A DNA stretch of 64,000 nucleotides from positions 136,310-200,309 of IMG/VR virus record IMGVR_UViG_3300033273_000282; one strand, written 5' to 3'. Numbering within the stretch: the stretch's first letter is position 1; every line of letters starts with the position of its first letter. A model generated the notes under the pieces. It was not told the origin of the DNA, searched no databases, and worked only from the letters and a program-made list of their open reading frames with translations. The stretch comes from a virus (Duplodnaviria; Caudoviricetes). The position numbers were made by a program, and so were the translations under genes. This document shows positions 1 to 9,897 of this stretch, piece after piece.

Positions 1-69
1 GCACCATCTGGTCTAAAAACTAGAGTGCTTGAGGGTACTGTTAGTGTTCTGGAGGGCGTTACACTCTAA
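1..69 (+). CDS. 3' end of a small virion structural protein (partial)
   Basis: Frame 1 reads APSGLKTRVLEGTVSVLEGVTL*; the stop overlaps the next ATG (TAATG). The C-terminus resembles the TRVxEGxxxVxxGVT ending of cyanophage structural ORFs. Confidence 0.6.
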   Translation, partial: APSGLKTRVLEGTVSVLEGVTL

Positions 70-290
70 TGGCAAGATTAAGATTCGGAGATCAGTCAGT
101 TCCTAGAGTGACCCGTGTCGCCACTGGTGGTGGCGGCGGAACAATTGGCGCACTTGCGGACATTGACTTGACCGACACATCGTTGGGTGGCTTACAGGAT
201 GGCAGCTTGCTCGTTTATGACAGCAACTCAACTAAATTCATTCCTACTACGGTTCTGAACAACATCACAGTTAACGGGGGTACCTTTTAG
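69..290 (+). CDS. small tail-fibre-associated virion protein
   Basis: 73 aa; LxDID...DGSLLVYD motif and C-terminal NGGTF shared with the next gene; overlaps both neighbours. Confidence 0.7.
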   Translation: MARLRFGDQSVPRVTRVATGGGGGTIGALADIDLTDTSLGGLQDGSLLVYDSNSTKFIPTTVLNNITVNGGTF

Positions 291-1978
291 TGGCATCGGA
301 AATTCTAATTAAAAGAAGTACAGGCACAGTTGCGCCTGGTACTATCAATTACGGTGAACTTGCCGTAACCGTCGGCTCAGGTACTCAAGGTAACCTGGGC
401 GACCGTCTTTTTGTTGGTGATAATAACTCCGCTGCTCAGGTAGTTGGTGGTAAGTATTTCACCGACATGCTGGATCAGGTACATGGTACTCTGACCGCAT
501 CTAGTGCTGTAATCGTTGACAGCAATCTCAAAGTTGATCAATTCCTGGTTGACAACATTACCCTTGATGGTAATACAATTACCACCAACGTAACCGATAG
601 TGATCTGATCCTCGGTGCTAACGGTGCTGGTAAAGTTGTCCTCCTGGATGGTCAGGAGATTGAGTTCGGTACATCTGGTGATATCGAACTGGCTTGGAAC
701 GACACCACTGGTGACGTAGAGATTCGCAGATCAGGCGGTAACGCTAATGCTGCTTTGTTGGTACAGGACGACATCCCCCTGAAGTTCGGTAGTAACAATG
801 ATGCTCGCGTTTACTACGATGAGGCGACTCTCGATAAACTGCGTTGGGCTGGCGCTGATCAAGAATTTGATCTTGGTGTCCAAGTAAAGTTTGCTGACAA
901 TACTGCTGCTACTTCTACAGCAACTGGCGCTGTCCAAGTTGTTGGTGGTGTGGGTGTTGGTGGTACAGTCTGGGCAAATGGTTTGGCTGTTGATGGTGAT
1001 GCCACCATTGGTGATACCACTTCTGATAACCTGACTGTCAACTCTGCTACTACCTTTAACGGCAATGTTATCTTTAATGGTACTAGCACCGTTAGTGGTA
1101 ACACCTCTCAGACTGGTTACATTGACATTGACCAACTGAGACTTGATGGTAACGCTCTGTCTACCACTTCTGGTACAGAACTGATCATTGACCCCTTCCC
1201 CGCTGGCGGTGATGCTGAGGGTCTGGTTATCATCAAAGGTGACCTCCAGATCGACGGTACTACAACCACTGTTAACTCGGCTTCTATGTCGGTTAACGAT
1301 CCTACTATCGAACTGGGTGATCCCACTACTGTCCTGACAGTAACTACTAATGCTCTGTCTGGTGCTACTACCCTTGAGGTAGATAAGGTAGATGGTATTG
1401 CTATCAATGATACAATTTCTGGTACTGGCATTCCTGCTGCTACCACAATTAGCAACATCTCTTCTGCTGGTTCTCCAGTAGTTCACACTCTTACTTTGAG
1501 TGCTGCTCTCACCGCAAACTGTAATGCTGGTGAGCAACTGACAGTTGTAAGGGACACCAACGACGCTCTTGATCGTGGTGTTAAACTTCACTACCATGAT
1601 GGTAGTGCTGCCAAATTTGGCTTCTTTGGTTACGATCGCAGCGGTGGTGCTGACGGTCAGGGTGCTTGGACCTTCATCGAAGATGCTACCGACGTTGGCA
1701 CCGTATTCGGTGTAAATGGTCAACGCGGTACTGTTGTACTGGGCGACTTGGAACTCGATACTGATCTTGCTGTTCAGTATGGTGGTACTGGTGGTTCTAC
1801 CTTTACTCAGTATGGTATTATCTACGGTAATGCCGCCAATCCTTTCCAAGTAACAGATGCTGCCAATATGGGAGCTCCTGGAACTGGTAGCGATGCTACT
1901 ACCTCTTACCAAATCCTGACAGTGACCTCTGCTGGGATCCCCGTCTGGACTAACGTCCTAGATGGAGGAACTTTCTAG
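290..1978 (+). CDS. tail fibre-like virion structural protein
   Basis: 562 aa, GTG start, Gly/Thr-rich; N-terminal IKRS...P...GELA motif typical of fibre N-termini; C-terminal DGGTF. Confidence 0.75.
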   Translation: MASEILIKRSTGTVAPGTINYGELAVTVGSGTQGNLGDRLFVGDNNSAAQVVGGKYFTDMLDQVHGTLTASSAVIVDSNLKVDQFLVDNITLDGNTITTNVTDSDLILGANGAGKVVLLDGQEIEFGTSGDIELAWNDTTGDVEIRRSGGNANAALLVQDDIPLKFGSNNDARVYYDEATLDKLRWAGADQEFDLGVQVKFADNTAATSTATGAVQVVGGVGVGGTVWANGLAVDGDATIGDTTSDNLTVNSATTFNGNVIFNGTSTVSGNTSQTGYIDIDQLRLDGNALSTTSGTELIIDPFPAGGDAEGLVIIKGDLQIDGTTTTVNSASMSVNDPTIELGDPTTVLTVTTNALSGATTLEVDKVDGIAINDTISGTGIPAATTISNISSAGSPVVHTLTLSAALTANCNAGEQLTVVRDTNDALDRGVKLHYHDGSAAKFGFFGYDRSGGADGQGAWTFIEDATDVGTVFGVNGQRGTVVLGDLELDTDLAVQYGGTGGSTFTQYGIIYGNAANPFQVTDAANMGAPGTGSDATTSYQILTVTSAGIPVWTNVLDGGTF

Positions 1979-1990
1979 ACCTAAATTAAC

Positions 1991-2200
1991 ATGGATGTAA
2001 ACCTTATTATTTCTACATTACAACGTAAAGTTTCTGAGTTGACCTTGAGTAACATTATGTTGGAAGCGAAAATTCTCGATTTAACTAACCAGTTAAATAG
2101 TATCAACCAAGAAAAAAACTCACCAGAGAATGCTATAAATGGCAACGAGGATCAAACTCAAAAGCTCAGTAACAGCCAGCCAGGTTCCAACGACTTCTGA
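1991..2200 (+). CDS. small coiled-coil hypothetical protein
   Basis: 69 aa with a heptad pattern (LQRKVSELTLSNIMLEAKILDL); the 3' end overlaps the next gene. Confidence 0.65.
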   Translation: MDVNLIISTLQRKVSELTLSNIMLEAKILDLTNQLNSINQEKNSPENAINGNEDQTQKLSNSQPGSNDF

Positions 2201-5200
2201 CTTAGAAGATCGTGAAGTTGGCTTAAATATTACTGACAAAAAATTATACGTCAATAACAATGGTACGATTGAGGAGGTGGCTAACGCCGAACCCAATCCT
2301 GCTAGTGTTACTACGGCGATGCTTGCCACGGACATTACTAATGGTCCTGGGGCAACTTGGTTTGTCGCTCAAAATGGTACTGATGTAACCACCCTAGGTG
2401 GTGGTGGAGCAAACGGTAAACACCCTGATACTCCATTCCTAACTGTTGCTAAGGCTTTGAGCGTTGCTCAGCCTGGTGATTCTATTGAGATTGCTGCTGG
2501 TTCATATGTAGAGACCTTTCCTCTTACCATTCCTGATGGGGTTCATGTTAGGGGTTCTGGTATTCGCCAAACAGAAATTAAACCATCTGGCGGCACAAAT
2601 GATCTGAACGCATTCGTCCTTAACGGTGATGTCACTGTTGAGGATCTTACTATTCGTGACTTTTTCTACAACAGCACGAATGACACTGGTTATGGTTTTG
2701 TATGTGCTAATAATTGGAACTCCGAGAGAAGCGCATACATTCAAAGAGTCACTATCCTCAACAAAGGTAGTGTAACTTCTGGCTCTGACCCATATGGTTT
2801 CCAGCAAGGTGATGCTGGACGTGGTGCTAAGCTGGATGGTTCTATTGCTAACAGCGCTGGTATTGAAGCTGCTGTTCTTTTCAACGAATGTACGTTCATC
2901 GTACCTAATTCCGTTGGTCTGTATCTGACTAATGGTATTCGTGTAGAGTGGCTTAACGGCTTCATCTACTTTGCTGATGAAGGTATTAAAGGTGTTCAGG
3001 GTGCCACTGGTGCGTTTGGTACTGGTAGAACACGTCTTAGACTTTCTGGTACCTCTGGTACATTTGCTGCTGGTGAAGAGATCTATCAACTGGAAGACCA
3101 ATTCCAGTCTGGTACTTATTCGAGATCTGGTACCACAGTTACCATTACCAGAAATGCTCACGGTCTGGTAAATGGTGACCGTGTATACGCTGACTTTATT
3201 ACTGGTACTGCTACTGACAATTTCTATGTCGTCGGTGGAGTTACCACAAATACATTTACTCTAACTGATAGCGCTTCTGGATCCACAAGCGGCAACGTAA
3301 CTTATAAGAAAGCCGACGCTTACGGTTTAATTACTCTTAACGATGGTAGCTACATTTACCTGAGTGGTAAGGGTGAGGGTCAATTTACAACCACCGTTGA
3401 GGGTGGTAAGACTGCTGTACCTAATGCTGATGCTCAGGCAGATAACTCTGTCAAGAAGTTTGGTACTGGATCTCTGTTACTTGATGGTACTGGCGACTAC
3501 GTTAACTATGCTTCCGAAGCTGACTTTGGTTTCGGTACTGCTAACTTCTGCGTTGAGACTTGGATCTACGCAAACGCTCTTTCTGGCACTCAGACTCTGC
3601 TTGACTTTAGAGGATCTGCTGCCGACATTGCTCCAACTCTGAGACTTAATGGTGGAACCGTTGAGTACGCTGTTGGCGGCACAACTCAGATTTCTGGTGG
3701 CTCTCTTACCACTGGTACCTGGGTACATATCGCCGTTGCTAGATTCAACGGATCTACAAAACTCTTTGTTGCTGGTAACCAAGTAGGTTCTACCTATACC
3801 GATACTAACAACTATGGTGCTGAGAAAGGACTGAAGATTGGTGCTCAGTATGACAACAGCACTAATTATAATGGTCACCTTGATGAAATCAGAGTAAGTA
3901 AGGGTACTGCTCGTTTCACTGGTAATTTTACTCCATCTTCTGCTGAGTACGGAACTGACATCTTTACAGTTCTGCTGCTCCACTTCAATGCCAATGATGG
4001 CGCTACAATCTTCATAGACTCTGGTTCTGCCATTAAGGACATCCGTTCTAATGGTGGCGACTCGGCTACTGGCATTGCTCTGGTTGACTACAACCAGTTT
4101 GGCGCTGAACTTAGATCGATTGCTTCGGCAAACGTTTATGGTAATAAGGGTGTTGTTGCTGATGGCAACGGTGTAAAACTCCTTCTTACTGCTCACAACT
4201 TTGCTTATATTGGTGCTGGACAAGACTTCACCAATGATGGTTCTCTCGCTGCTCAGAGCAACGAAGTAGAAGAACTGAATGGTGGTCGTGTCTTCTACTC
4301 CTCTACTGACCAGAAAGGTGACTTCCGTGTAGGTAACGTCTTCCTGGTTGACCAGGAAACTGGTAACGTTAATTTTAGTTCTACCTCTACCTCTCAGGAA
4401 GCCGCTAGCATCACCCTGTCTGATGTTACTGGTACTACAAATATCTTCCCAGCGTATATTGAAACTGGGAACCTGCGTCTTGCTGGCAACACGGTCTCCA
4501 CTACGAGTGGTGATATTATCTTTGATCCCGCTGGTAACCAGGACGTTATATACAATGCTGAAGTCGTCTTCACTGAAGGTGTCTACTACGATCAACCAAA
4601 ATCCGCTAACTTTAAGACTGATGTCCCTGGTAACTTAGGTTTCTATGAGGGTCAGAATCAAAGACGTGGTGGATTTAATGGTTACGGTGTACAATCTGAC
4701 ACCAACTTCTACTTAACCAAAGAACAAGTCACTACAGTTACTGTAGATACTGAAGGTGATGGATACACTGGCGGCGCGGCAACAATTGATGCCGATACTA
4801 ACCCTCCAGTAGTATGTACCGCTACCCTGACACTGGATCTTCAGGACGGTGCTCTCAAGGAGATCAACGTTACCGCAGGGGGTGACAACTATGTCTCTGA
4901 TCCTACGGTTGGGTTTAGTGCTCCACAAGATGCTGGTGGATCTACTCCTTCTGTTTCTGCTGTTCTTTTCAGCTATGGTGACGTTCAGGCAATCACTGTA
5001 GATGATGGTGGTGCTGGTTATGCTGCTGCCCCAGGTCTTGTTATTGACGCTCCTGGTGGTATCTCTTTCGATACTGAATCGGACATTTCTGGAAATGCCA
5101 TTCAGTCGGCTAACCACCCGATGCGAAATGGTGATCGCGTTGTTTATAGTCAGAATCAAGGTGCCGAAAATATCGGTCTTACCGATGGCACAACATACTT

Positions 5201-8200
5201 TGTTGTTAACGCTGTTAACGACTCGATTGGTGCTGGTGTAAGTTTCCAACTTTCTGCTACCCAAGGTGGCGCTGTTATTCCTCTGACTGCCTCTGCTTCT
5301 GGTAGTGGAGAGTCTCAAGCAATCAATGGTGTACAAGCCACCGCAACTTGTACTTTGTCGGGTGATGCTATTGCTAGCGTTACCATCACCGAACCTGGAT
5401 CTTTGTATGACAGAGGTGCTGGTGTTTCTGTCCAAGAAGATGGATCGCAGTCTCCAACAACCGCTGCTACTCTGACAGTTTATATTGGGTCTCCTCTCTC
5501 TGGATTTATCATCAATAGCAGAGGTAGTGGATATAATGCTGCTCCAACAGTAAGCTTTACCAATGCTGCCGTTGATACTTATGGTGCTGGTGCTGCTGCT
5601 ACAACTACCATTGGATTCCCACTCGCCCAAGAACCTGCTGGTCTAACTGTAACTAACGCAGGTGCTGGTTATGCCTTTGCTCCTCAGTATAAACTGAGTG
5701 GTGGCAATCCTGTTACAGAAGCAGTTCTGTCACCAACCCTCGATAAGAAGAAAGGTAATATCAGTTCAGTTGGTATCACTGGTTTTGGTGTTGGATATTC
5801 GTCTGCTCCTACCGTAACATTCTATGGTGGCGCTGGTGACGGAGCCAGACTCACTGTTAATGTTCAATCCTTAGATGGTACCATCACTAATGGTGGTACT
5901 GGATACGTTGCTGGTAAGTACCAGAGTGTAGAACTTGAATATGTTTCTGGTGGTAGTGGTGCCCCTGCTAGCAATGCTACCGCAGACTTCACTGTCGCTG
6001 GTTGGACTGGTAACGTCACCAATGCTGGTAGTGGTTATATTGACGGTCAGTATGACGGTCACGTTATGTACAACGTGCCTGCTGCTACTTATACCGTAAC
6101 GGTTATTACCAACCCTGGAGCTGCGCCACCAGATAACGTATATGTTATCAATGGTACTACCCAAGCTTCTCTTAACTTTGTTGAGGGTAATACTTATCGC
6201 TTTGATCAGTCTGATTCTTCCAACAGTGGTCATCCACTTCTCGCTGGTAGAGAAGATGGTGGAACCCTTTCTACTGATATTCTTGCCGTTAGTTATGGTA
6301 CTCCTGGTGACGCAGGTGCCTTCACTGACATTATCGTAAAGCCAGGTACTGCTGGCGAAGTCCTTGATTATATCTGTAGCAACCATTCCAACATGGGTGG
6401 CAGCGTTACCATTGGTACTGGTGCTGCTGGTAACTATGGTACTGGTCTTTCGGCAAATGTGACCGTCTCAGGCGGACAGATTACTGCTATTGAGTCTGCC
6501 GCTCAAGGTACTGACTACGCTGTTGGTGATACAGTTTCTGTCAATCCATATGCCATGGATACCAGTGGCGCTGGTAGTGGCTTTTTGTGGACTCTTGCTG
6601 CTAATGACACAACTATTAGTGTCGTAGACAACATCAGTTTGACTGGTGGTCCATACGAAGTTGGCATGATTCTGTCGGTTGACGTACAGAATGTCGGCGG
6701 CTCTGGTTCTAACTTTACCTATACTGTATCTAAAGCAGGTTTTGTAAAAGATGTTGACGTAGTTCAGGGTAGTGAAGGTTATGGATACACCGCAGGTGAA
6801 ATTCTCTATCCAAGAATTGACCCAACCACAACAGGCAATGCTTTCCAACTCACTGTAGGTAGCACAACTACAACACCCGTTTGGGAATTTACTCACGATG
6901 GTAGCATTGTAAACTCAGCATTTAATGTTGCTGGTACTAAGGACCCAACTTATGACCCAGGTACTCTGAGTCTCGGTTCTGGTGTTCCTAAGATTGTAAT
7001 GGAGACCGAGTTTGGTAACATTACAACCGACGGTAACCTCACTGTTAAGGGCAATCTTACTCTTGGCGATGATGCTGCTGTTGACACAATTACAGTTGCT
7101 GCTTCTACAACTGCTACTGGTGATACTACTCAGACTGGTGATTTCTCCCTGACAGGAGATATGACCATCGATGGTATCTTTACTCAGTCTGGTGGTGCTT
7201 CCTTCCTTGAGGAATTAACTGGTACCATTGCTGATGGTACTGCCGCTGCTCCTTCTCTGGCTCTTAACACCAGTCCCACCACTGGTTTGTTCTGGGCAGA
7301 CACTGACATCATTGGAATTTCTAATGCTGGTGTTGAGACTGGCAGAATTGGTCCTGCTGCTTATGCCGTTGGAACTAGATTCCAAGTTGGTTCTAGTTCC
7401 ATAACCGCATCTCCTCTCCTCGATGCTAACCCAGCAACTAACCTTGTAAGAATTGGTAGTTCTGCTAGTGGTCTTAGTATCAGTAGCACTGGACTCATTG
7501 AAGGTAATGGTACCGATGCTAATATTGGTATTACACTTCAACCAAAAGGTACAGGCAACGTTACTGTTGTTGGTGGTACTGATAAAGACTTTGTTCTGAA
7601 CGATGGTACTTCTCTCGAACTGTTCAAGGTTGATTTAGATAGTGGTGACGCTAATCTTAAGGGTGGTCTGACTCTTAACAGCAGACTGGAGATTAAAGAT
7701 TACACACTCACTAACCAGTCTCTCGCTACTGCGTCCTTTGGCGAAGTCGTTTCGTTTGATACCAGTGGTACAGCAACTCTGTTTACCGATGGTAGTTTCA
7801 CTAACGTCAACATTACCGCAACTGGTACTGGAAAAGGTACTGGTGGTCAGGTAGACGTTACTGTTGTCGGCGGTACTATCACTACCGTTGTTAAAGCCAT
7901 TTCTGGATCTGCTGGTAGAGACTATGTTCTCGGGGATACAATTACAATTGACCCCGCTATTATCGGTACTGATCCTGCCCAGACAATCACCATCACCGAT
8001 GTTTCTGGTGCTGGTATTGACCTGAAACCACAGGCTCGTAAGAACGTTAGAATTAACGGTACAGGTACATTTGTCGTTCCCGTTGGTGGAACAAATGATA
8101 GACCTGTCGCTGACGATCTCTACGTTGGTGGCATCAGATATAACACAACTACCTCTCAGTTTGAAGGATATAACGGCATTGACTTTGTATCTCTGGGTGG

Positions 8201-9317
8201 TGTTCGTGACGTTGACCAAGATACCTACATCCTTACTGAGGTAAGTCCTGGATCTGACGAGGATACCTTCGAGTTCTACAACGCTGGTTTTAACAGCCTG
8301 AGCATTGATGTTAATACCATCACGCTTAAGACTGCCAGAACAATGGACGTTGAGGGTACACTAACCCTTAATGGAACAACAGGTTTGGATACGCTGGATG
8401 TTCAGCGTAAGTCTACTTCTATTGTCAAAGTAAGAACAACCAAGGATCTGGAGATCACTGGTGGTTTCTATCTCAAGAACCAGTTGGCTGCTGGTACCAT
8501 TGCTAGCTTTGATGATGGTACTCTGGGTGCCTCTCCTGGATCCTTCAACAGCGCAGGTAATGTATATACTCCATCTCAAACATTTAGTGCTGTTGCTGGT
8601 GTATCTGAGTTTGCTGGATCTGGATCCACATTCGATGTTGTAACTAACGCTAGTGGTGGCATTACTAGCATCAGCATTGTTAGTGGCGGTTTTGTTTATG
8701 AGGTTGGTGAAATCATCACCATCCCAGGTGGTTTGCTTGGTGGTGGCGTTGGTTCTGATGTTACCTTCACTGTTGCTAGCATCAGCAACGCTGACGTTGC
8801 TCACGGTAAAGTTAGTGCTCTCCAGAGTGAACTTCGCTTTAACCTGAACGGCGACAAGCAATTCCTCAGCCTTGATTCTAATCTTACAGAAGCTCGACTT
8901 AAAGTCAACAGAGACTATGCCACTGGTGGGCAGAACTATCTGACAGTTCTGGACTCCACAGCAAAATTTGTTGAACTCAATGATGCCAGAGTGGAGGGTG
9001 GTGAGATTACCTCCTTCTCCACAACCGTAACTATCACCCAGTTTGAGAAGACTCAGTATAAGGGTGCTAAGACTTTGATCACTCTTGAGAGTGATGATGG
9101 TAAGGTACACATGTTTGAAGTAACAACCATCTGTGCCGCTAGTGGGACTGTGGCTCACGCTACCGTCACAAACTCCATCACATCCGACAATGATTTGATG
9201 GATGCTTCAGTATCGGTTGCTGGCAACAACGTCCAGATTTCCTTGGCAAAATCGTCGCAGGCAACCTCTTCTTCGACCTTTACAGGTAGATATACAACTA
9301 CCAAGGTCAAGGTATAA
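2139..9317 (+). CDS. giant virion structural protein (pectin-lyase-like beta-helix, LamG domain, cupredoxin-like module, xGxGY beta repeats)
   Basis: 2392 aa; WFVAQNG...PFLTVAKAL...GDSIEIAAGSY beta-helix start; LamG-like block (DFGFGTANFCVETWIY...WVHIAVAR...LDEIRVSKG) at about 3450-4000; GIRYNTTTSQFEGY fibre motif. Confidence 0.8.
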   Translation: MATRIKLKSSVTASQVPTTSDLEDREVGLNITDKKLYVNNNGTIEEVANAEPNPASVTTAMLATDITNGPGATWFVAQNGTDVTTLGGGGANGKHPDTPFLTVAKALSVAQPGDSIEIAAGSYVETFPLTIPDGVHVRGSGIRQTEIKPSGGTNDLNAFVLNGDVTVEDLTIRDFFYNSTNDTGYGFVCANNWNSERSAYIQRVTILNKGSVTSGSDPYGFQQGDAGRGAKLDGSIANSAGIEAAVLFNECTFIVPNSVGLYLTNGIRVEWLNGFIYFADEGIKGVQGATGAFGTGRTRLRLSGTSGTFAAGEEIYQLEDQFQSGTYSRSGTTVTITRNAHGLVNGDRVYADFITGTATDNFYVVGGVTTNTFTLTDSASGSTSGNVTYKKADAYGLITLNDGSYIYLSGKGEGQFTTTVEGGKTAVPNADAQADNSVKKFGTGSLLLDGTGDYVNYASEADFGFGTANFCVETWIYANALSGTQTLLDFRGSAADIAPTLRLNGGTVEYAVGGTTQISGGSLTTGTWVHIAVARFNGSTKLFVAGNQVGSTYTDTNNYGAEKGLKIGAQYDNSTNYNGHLDEIRVSKGTARFTGNFTPSSAEYGTDIFTVLLLHFNANDGATIFIDSGSAIKDIRSNGGDSATGIALVDYNQFGAELRSIASANVYGNKGVVADGNGVKLLLTAHNFAYIGAGQDFTNDGSLAAQSNEVEELNGGRVFYSSTDQKGDFRVGNVFLVDQETGNVNFSSTSTSQEAASITLSDVTGTTNIFPAYIETGNLRLAGNTVSTTSGDIIFDPAGNQDVIYNAEVVFTEGVYYDQPKSANFKTDVPGNLGFYEGQNQRRGGFNGYGVQSDTNFYLTKEQVTTVTVDTEGDGYTGGAATIDADTNPPVVCTATLTLDLQDGALKEINVTAGGDNYVSDPTVGFSAPQDAGGSTPSVSAVLFSYGDVQAITVDDGGAGYAAAPGLVIDAPGGISFDTESDISGNAIQSANHPMRNGDRVVYSQNQGAENIGLTDGTTYFVVNAVNDSIGAGVSFQLSATQGGAVIPLTASASGSGESQAINGVQATATCTLSGDAIASVTITEPGSLYDRGAGVSVQEDGSQSPTTAATLTVYIGSPLSGFIINSRGSGYNAAPTVSFTNAAVDTYGAGAAATTTIGFPLAQEPAGLTVTNAGAGYAFAPQYKLSGGNPVTEAVLSPTLDKKKGNISSVGITGFGVGYSSAPTVTFYGGAGDGARLTVNVQSLDGTITNGGTGYVAGKYQSVELEYVSGGSGAPASNATADFTVAGWTGNVTNAGSGYIDGQYDGHVMYNVPAATYTVTVITNPGAAPPDNVYVINGTTQASLNFVEGNTYRFDQSDSSNSGHPLLAGREDGGTLSTDILAVSYGTPGDAGAFTDIIVKPGTAGEVLDYICSNHSNMGGSVTIGTGAAGNYGTGLSANVTVSGGQITAIESAAQGTDYAVGDTVSVNPYAMDTSGAGSGFLWTLAANDTTISVVDNISLTGGPYEVGMILSVDVQNVGGSGSNFTYTVSKAGFVKDVDVVQGSEGYGYTAGEILYPRIDPTTTGNAFQLTVGSTTTTPVWEFTHDGSIVNSAFNVAGTKDPTYDPGTLSLGSGVPKIVMETEFGNITTDGNLTVKGNLTLGDDAAVDTITVAASTTATGDTTQTGDFSLTGDMTIDGIFTQSGGASFLEELTGTIADGTAAAPSLALNTSPTTGLFWADTDIIGISNAGVETGRIGPAAYAVGTRFQVGSSSITASPLLDANPATNLVRIGSSASGLSISSTGLIEGNGTDANIGITLQPKGTGNVTVVGGTDKDFVLNDGTSLELFKVDLDSGDANLKGGLTLNSRLEIKDYTLTNQSLATASFGEVVSFDTSGTATLFTDGSFTNVNITATGTGKGTGGQVDVTVVGGTITTVVKAISGSAGRDYVLGDTITIDPAIIGTDPAQTITITDVSGAGIDLKPQARKNVRINGTGTFVVPVGGTNDRPVADDLYVGGIRYNTTTSQFEGYNGIDFVSLGGVRDVDQDTYILTEVSPGSDEDTFEFYNAGFNSLSIDVNTITLKTARTMDVEGTLTLNGTTGLDTLDVQRKSTSIVKVRTTKDLEITGGFYLKNQLAAGTIASFDDGTLGASPGSFNSAGNVYTPSQTFSAVAGVSEFAGSGSTFDVVTNASGGITSISIVSGGFVYEVGEIITIPGGLLGGGVGSDVTFTVASISNADVAHGKVSALQSELRFNLNGDKQFLSLDSNLTEARLKVNRDYATGGQNYLTVLDSTAKFVELNDARVEGGEITSFSTTVTITQFEKTQYKGAKTLITLESDDGKVHMFEVTTICAASGTVAHATVTNSITSDNDLMDASVSVAGNNVQISLAKSSQATSSSTFTGRYTTTKVKV

Positions 9318-9320
9318 ATA
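9313..9320 (+). promoter_or_regulatory. T4-type late promoter
   Basis: Exact TATAAATA overlapping the stop codon at 9315-9317, upstream of ORFs 9341 and 9898. Confidence 0.75.
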
Positions 9321-9340
9321 ACGAAAGGTAACCTAAAACA

Positions 9341-9877
9341 ATGGCGATTAAGAACTTTTCATCGGTAGGGGGGTTTGCCGTAGGCTCAACTGAGGTGCTC
9401 AACACCGAGTTTGAACTTAAAAATATCTCAGCCATCCACATGGTTAGTGATAATTTTAGCGATGCTACAAATGACTTGTACATTGCTAAAAGGACAACCG
9501 ACCCCTCGAATACAGTTCTTCGTTTGAGCCTTGATGGTAGCACTAACATTGATACCAACACGCCAGCTTTGGGACACAATAGTGTGGCGTTTATTAAGTC
9601 TAAAATCTTTGGGCAAGAGCAAAATGACAACACCTATATCCTTGCGGGTATAGATGAGTCAGTGGTTACGGTTGATGCTAGTGGGGTCCCAACACTTCAA
9701 GCAACTTATAAAACTGTTATTCACGAGCATCTGCCTGGTACGGAAACCTGGAGTTTTACTCCAGTAGCATTCCAAATTGGTGCTGCTGCTTACTTCAGTT
9801 ATGACGTTGAGACGGTAACTAATACCTCTACTGTAAAATGGCTTGCGATGATTGAAATCACTAATGTCACAACATAA
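9341..9877 (+). CDS. putative virion structural protein
   Basis: 178 aa, beta-rich composition, between two giant structural genes and after a late promoter. Confidence 0.65.
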   Translation: MAIKNFSSVGGFAVGSTEVLNTEFELKNISAIHMVSDNFSDATNDLYIAKRTTDPSNTVLRLSLDGSTNIDTNTPALGHNSVAFIKSKIFGQEQNDNTYILAGIDESVVTVDASGVPTLQATYKTVIHEHLPGTETWSFTPVAFQIGAAAYFSYDVETVTNTSTVKWLAMIEITNVTT

Positions 9878-9897
9878 AGACTTCGGAGTATCCTTAG

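Noticed and set aside
2134-2141. TATAAATG as a late promoter
   Set aside because: It mismatches the last position and overlaps the ATG itself, leaving no room for a leader.
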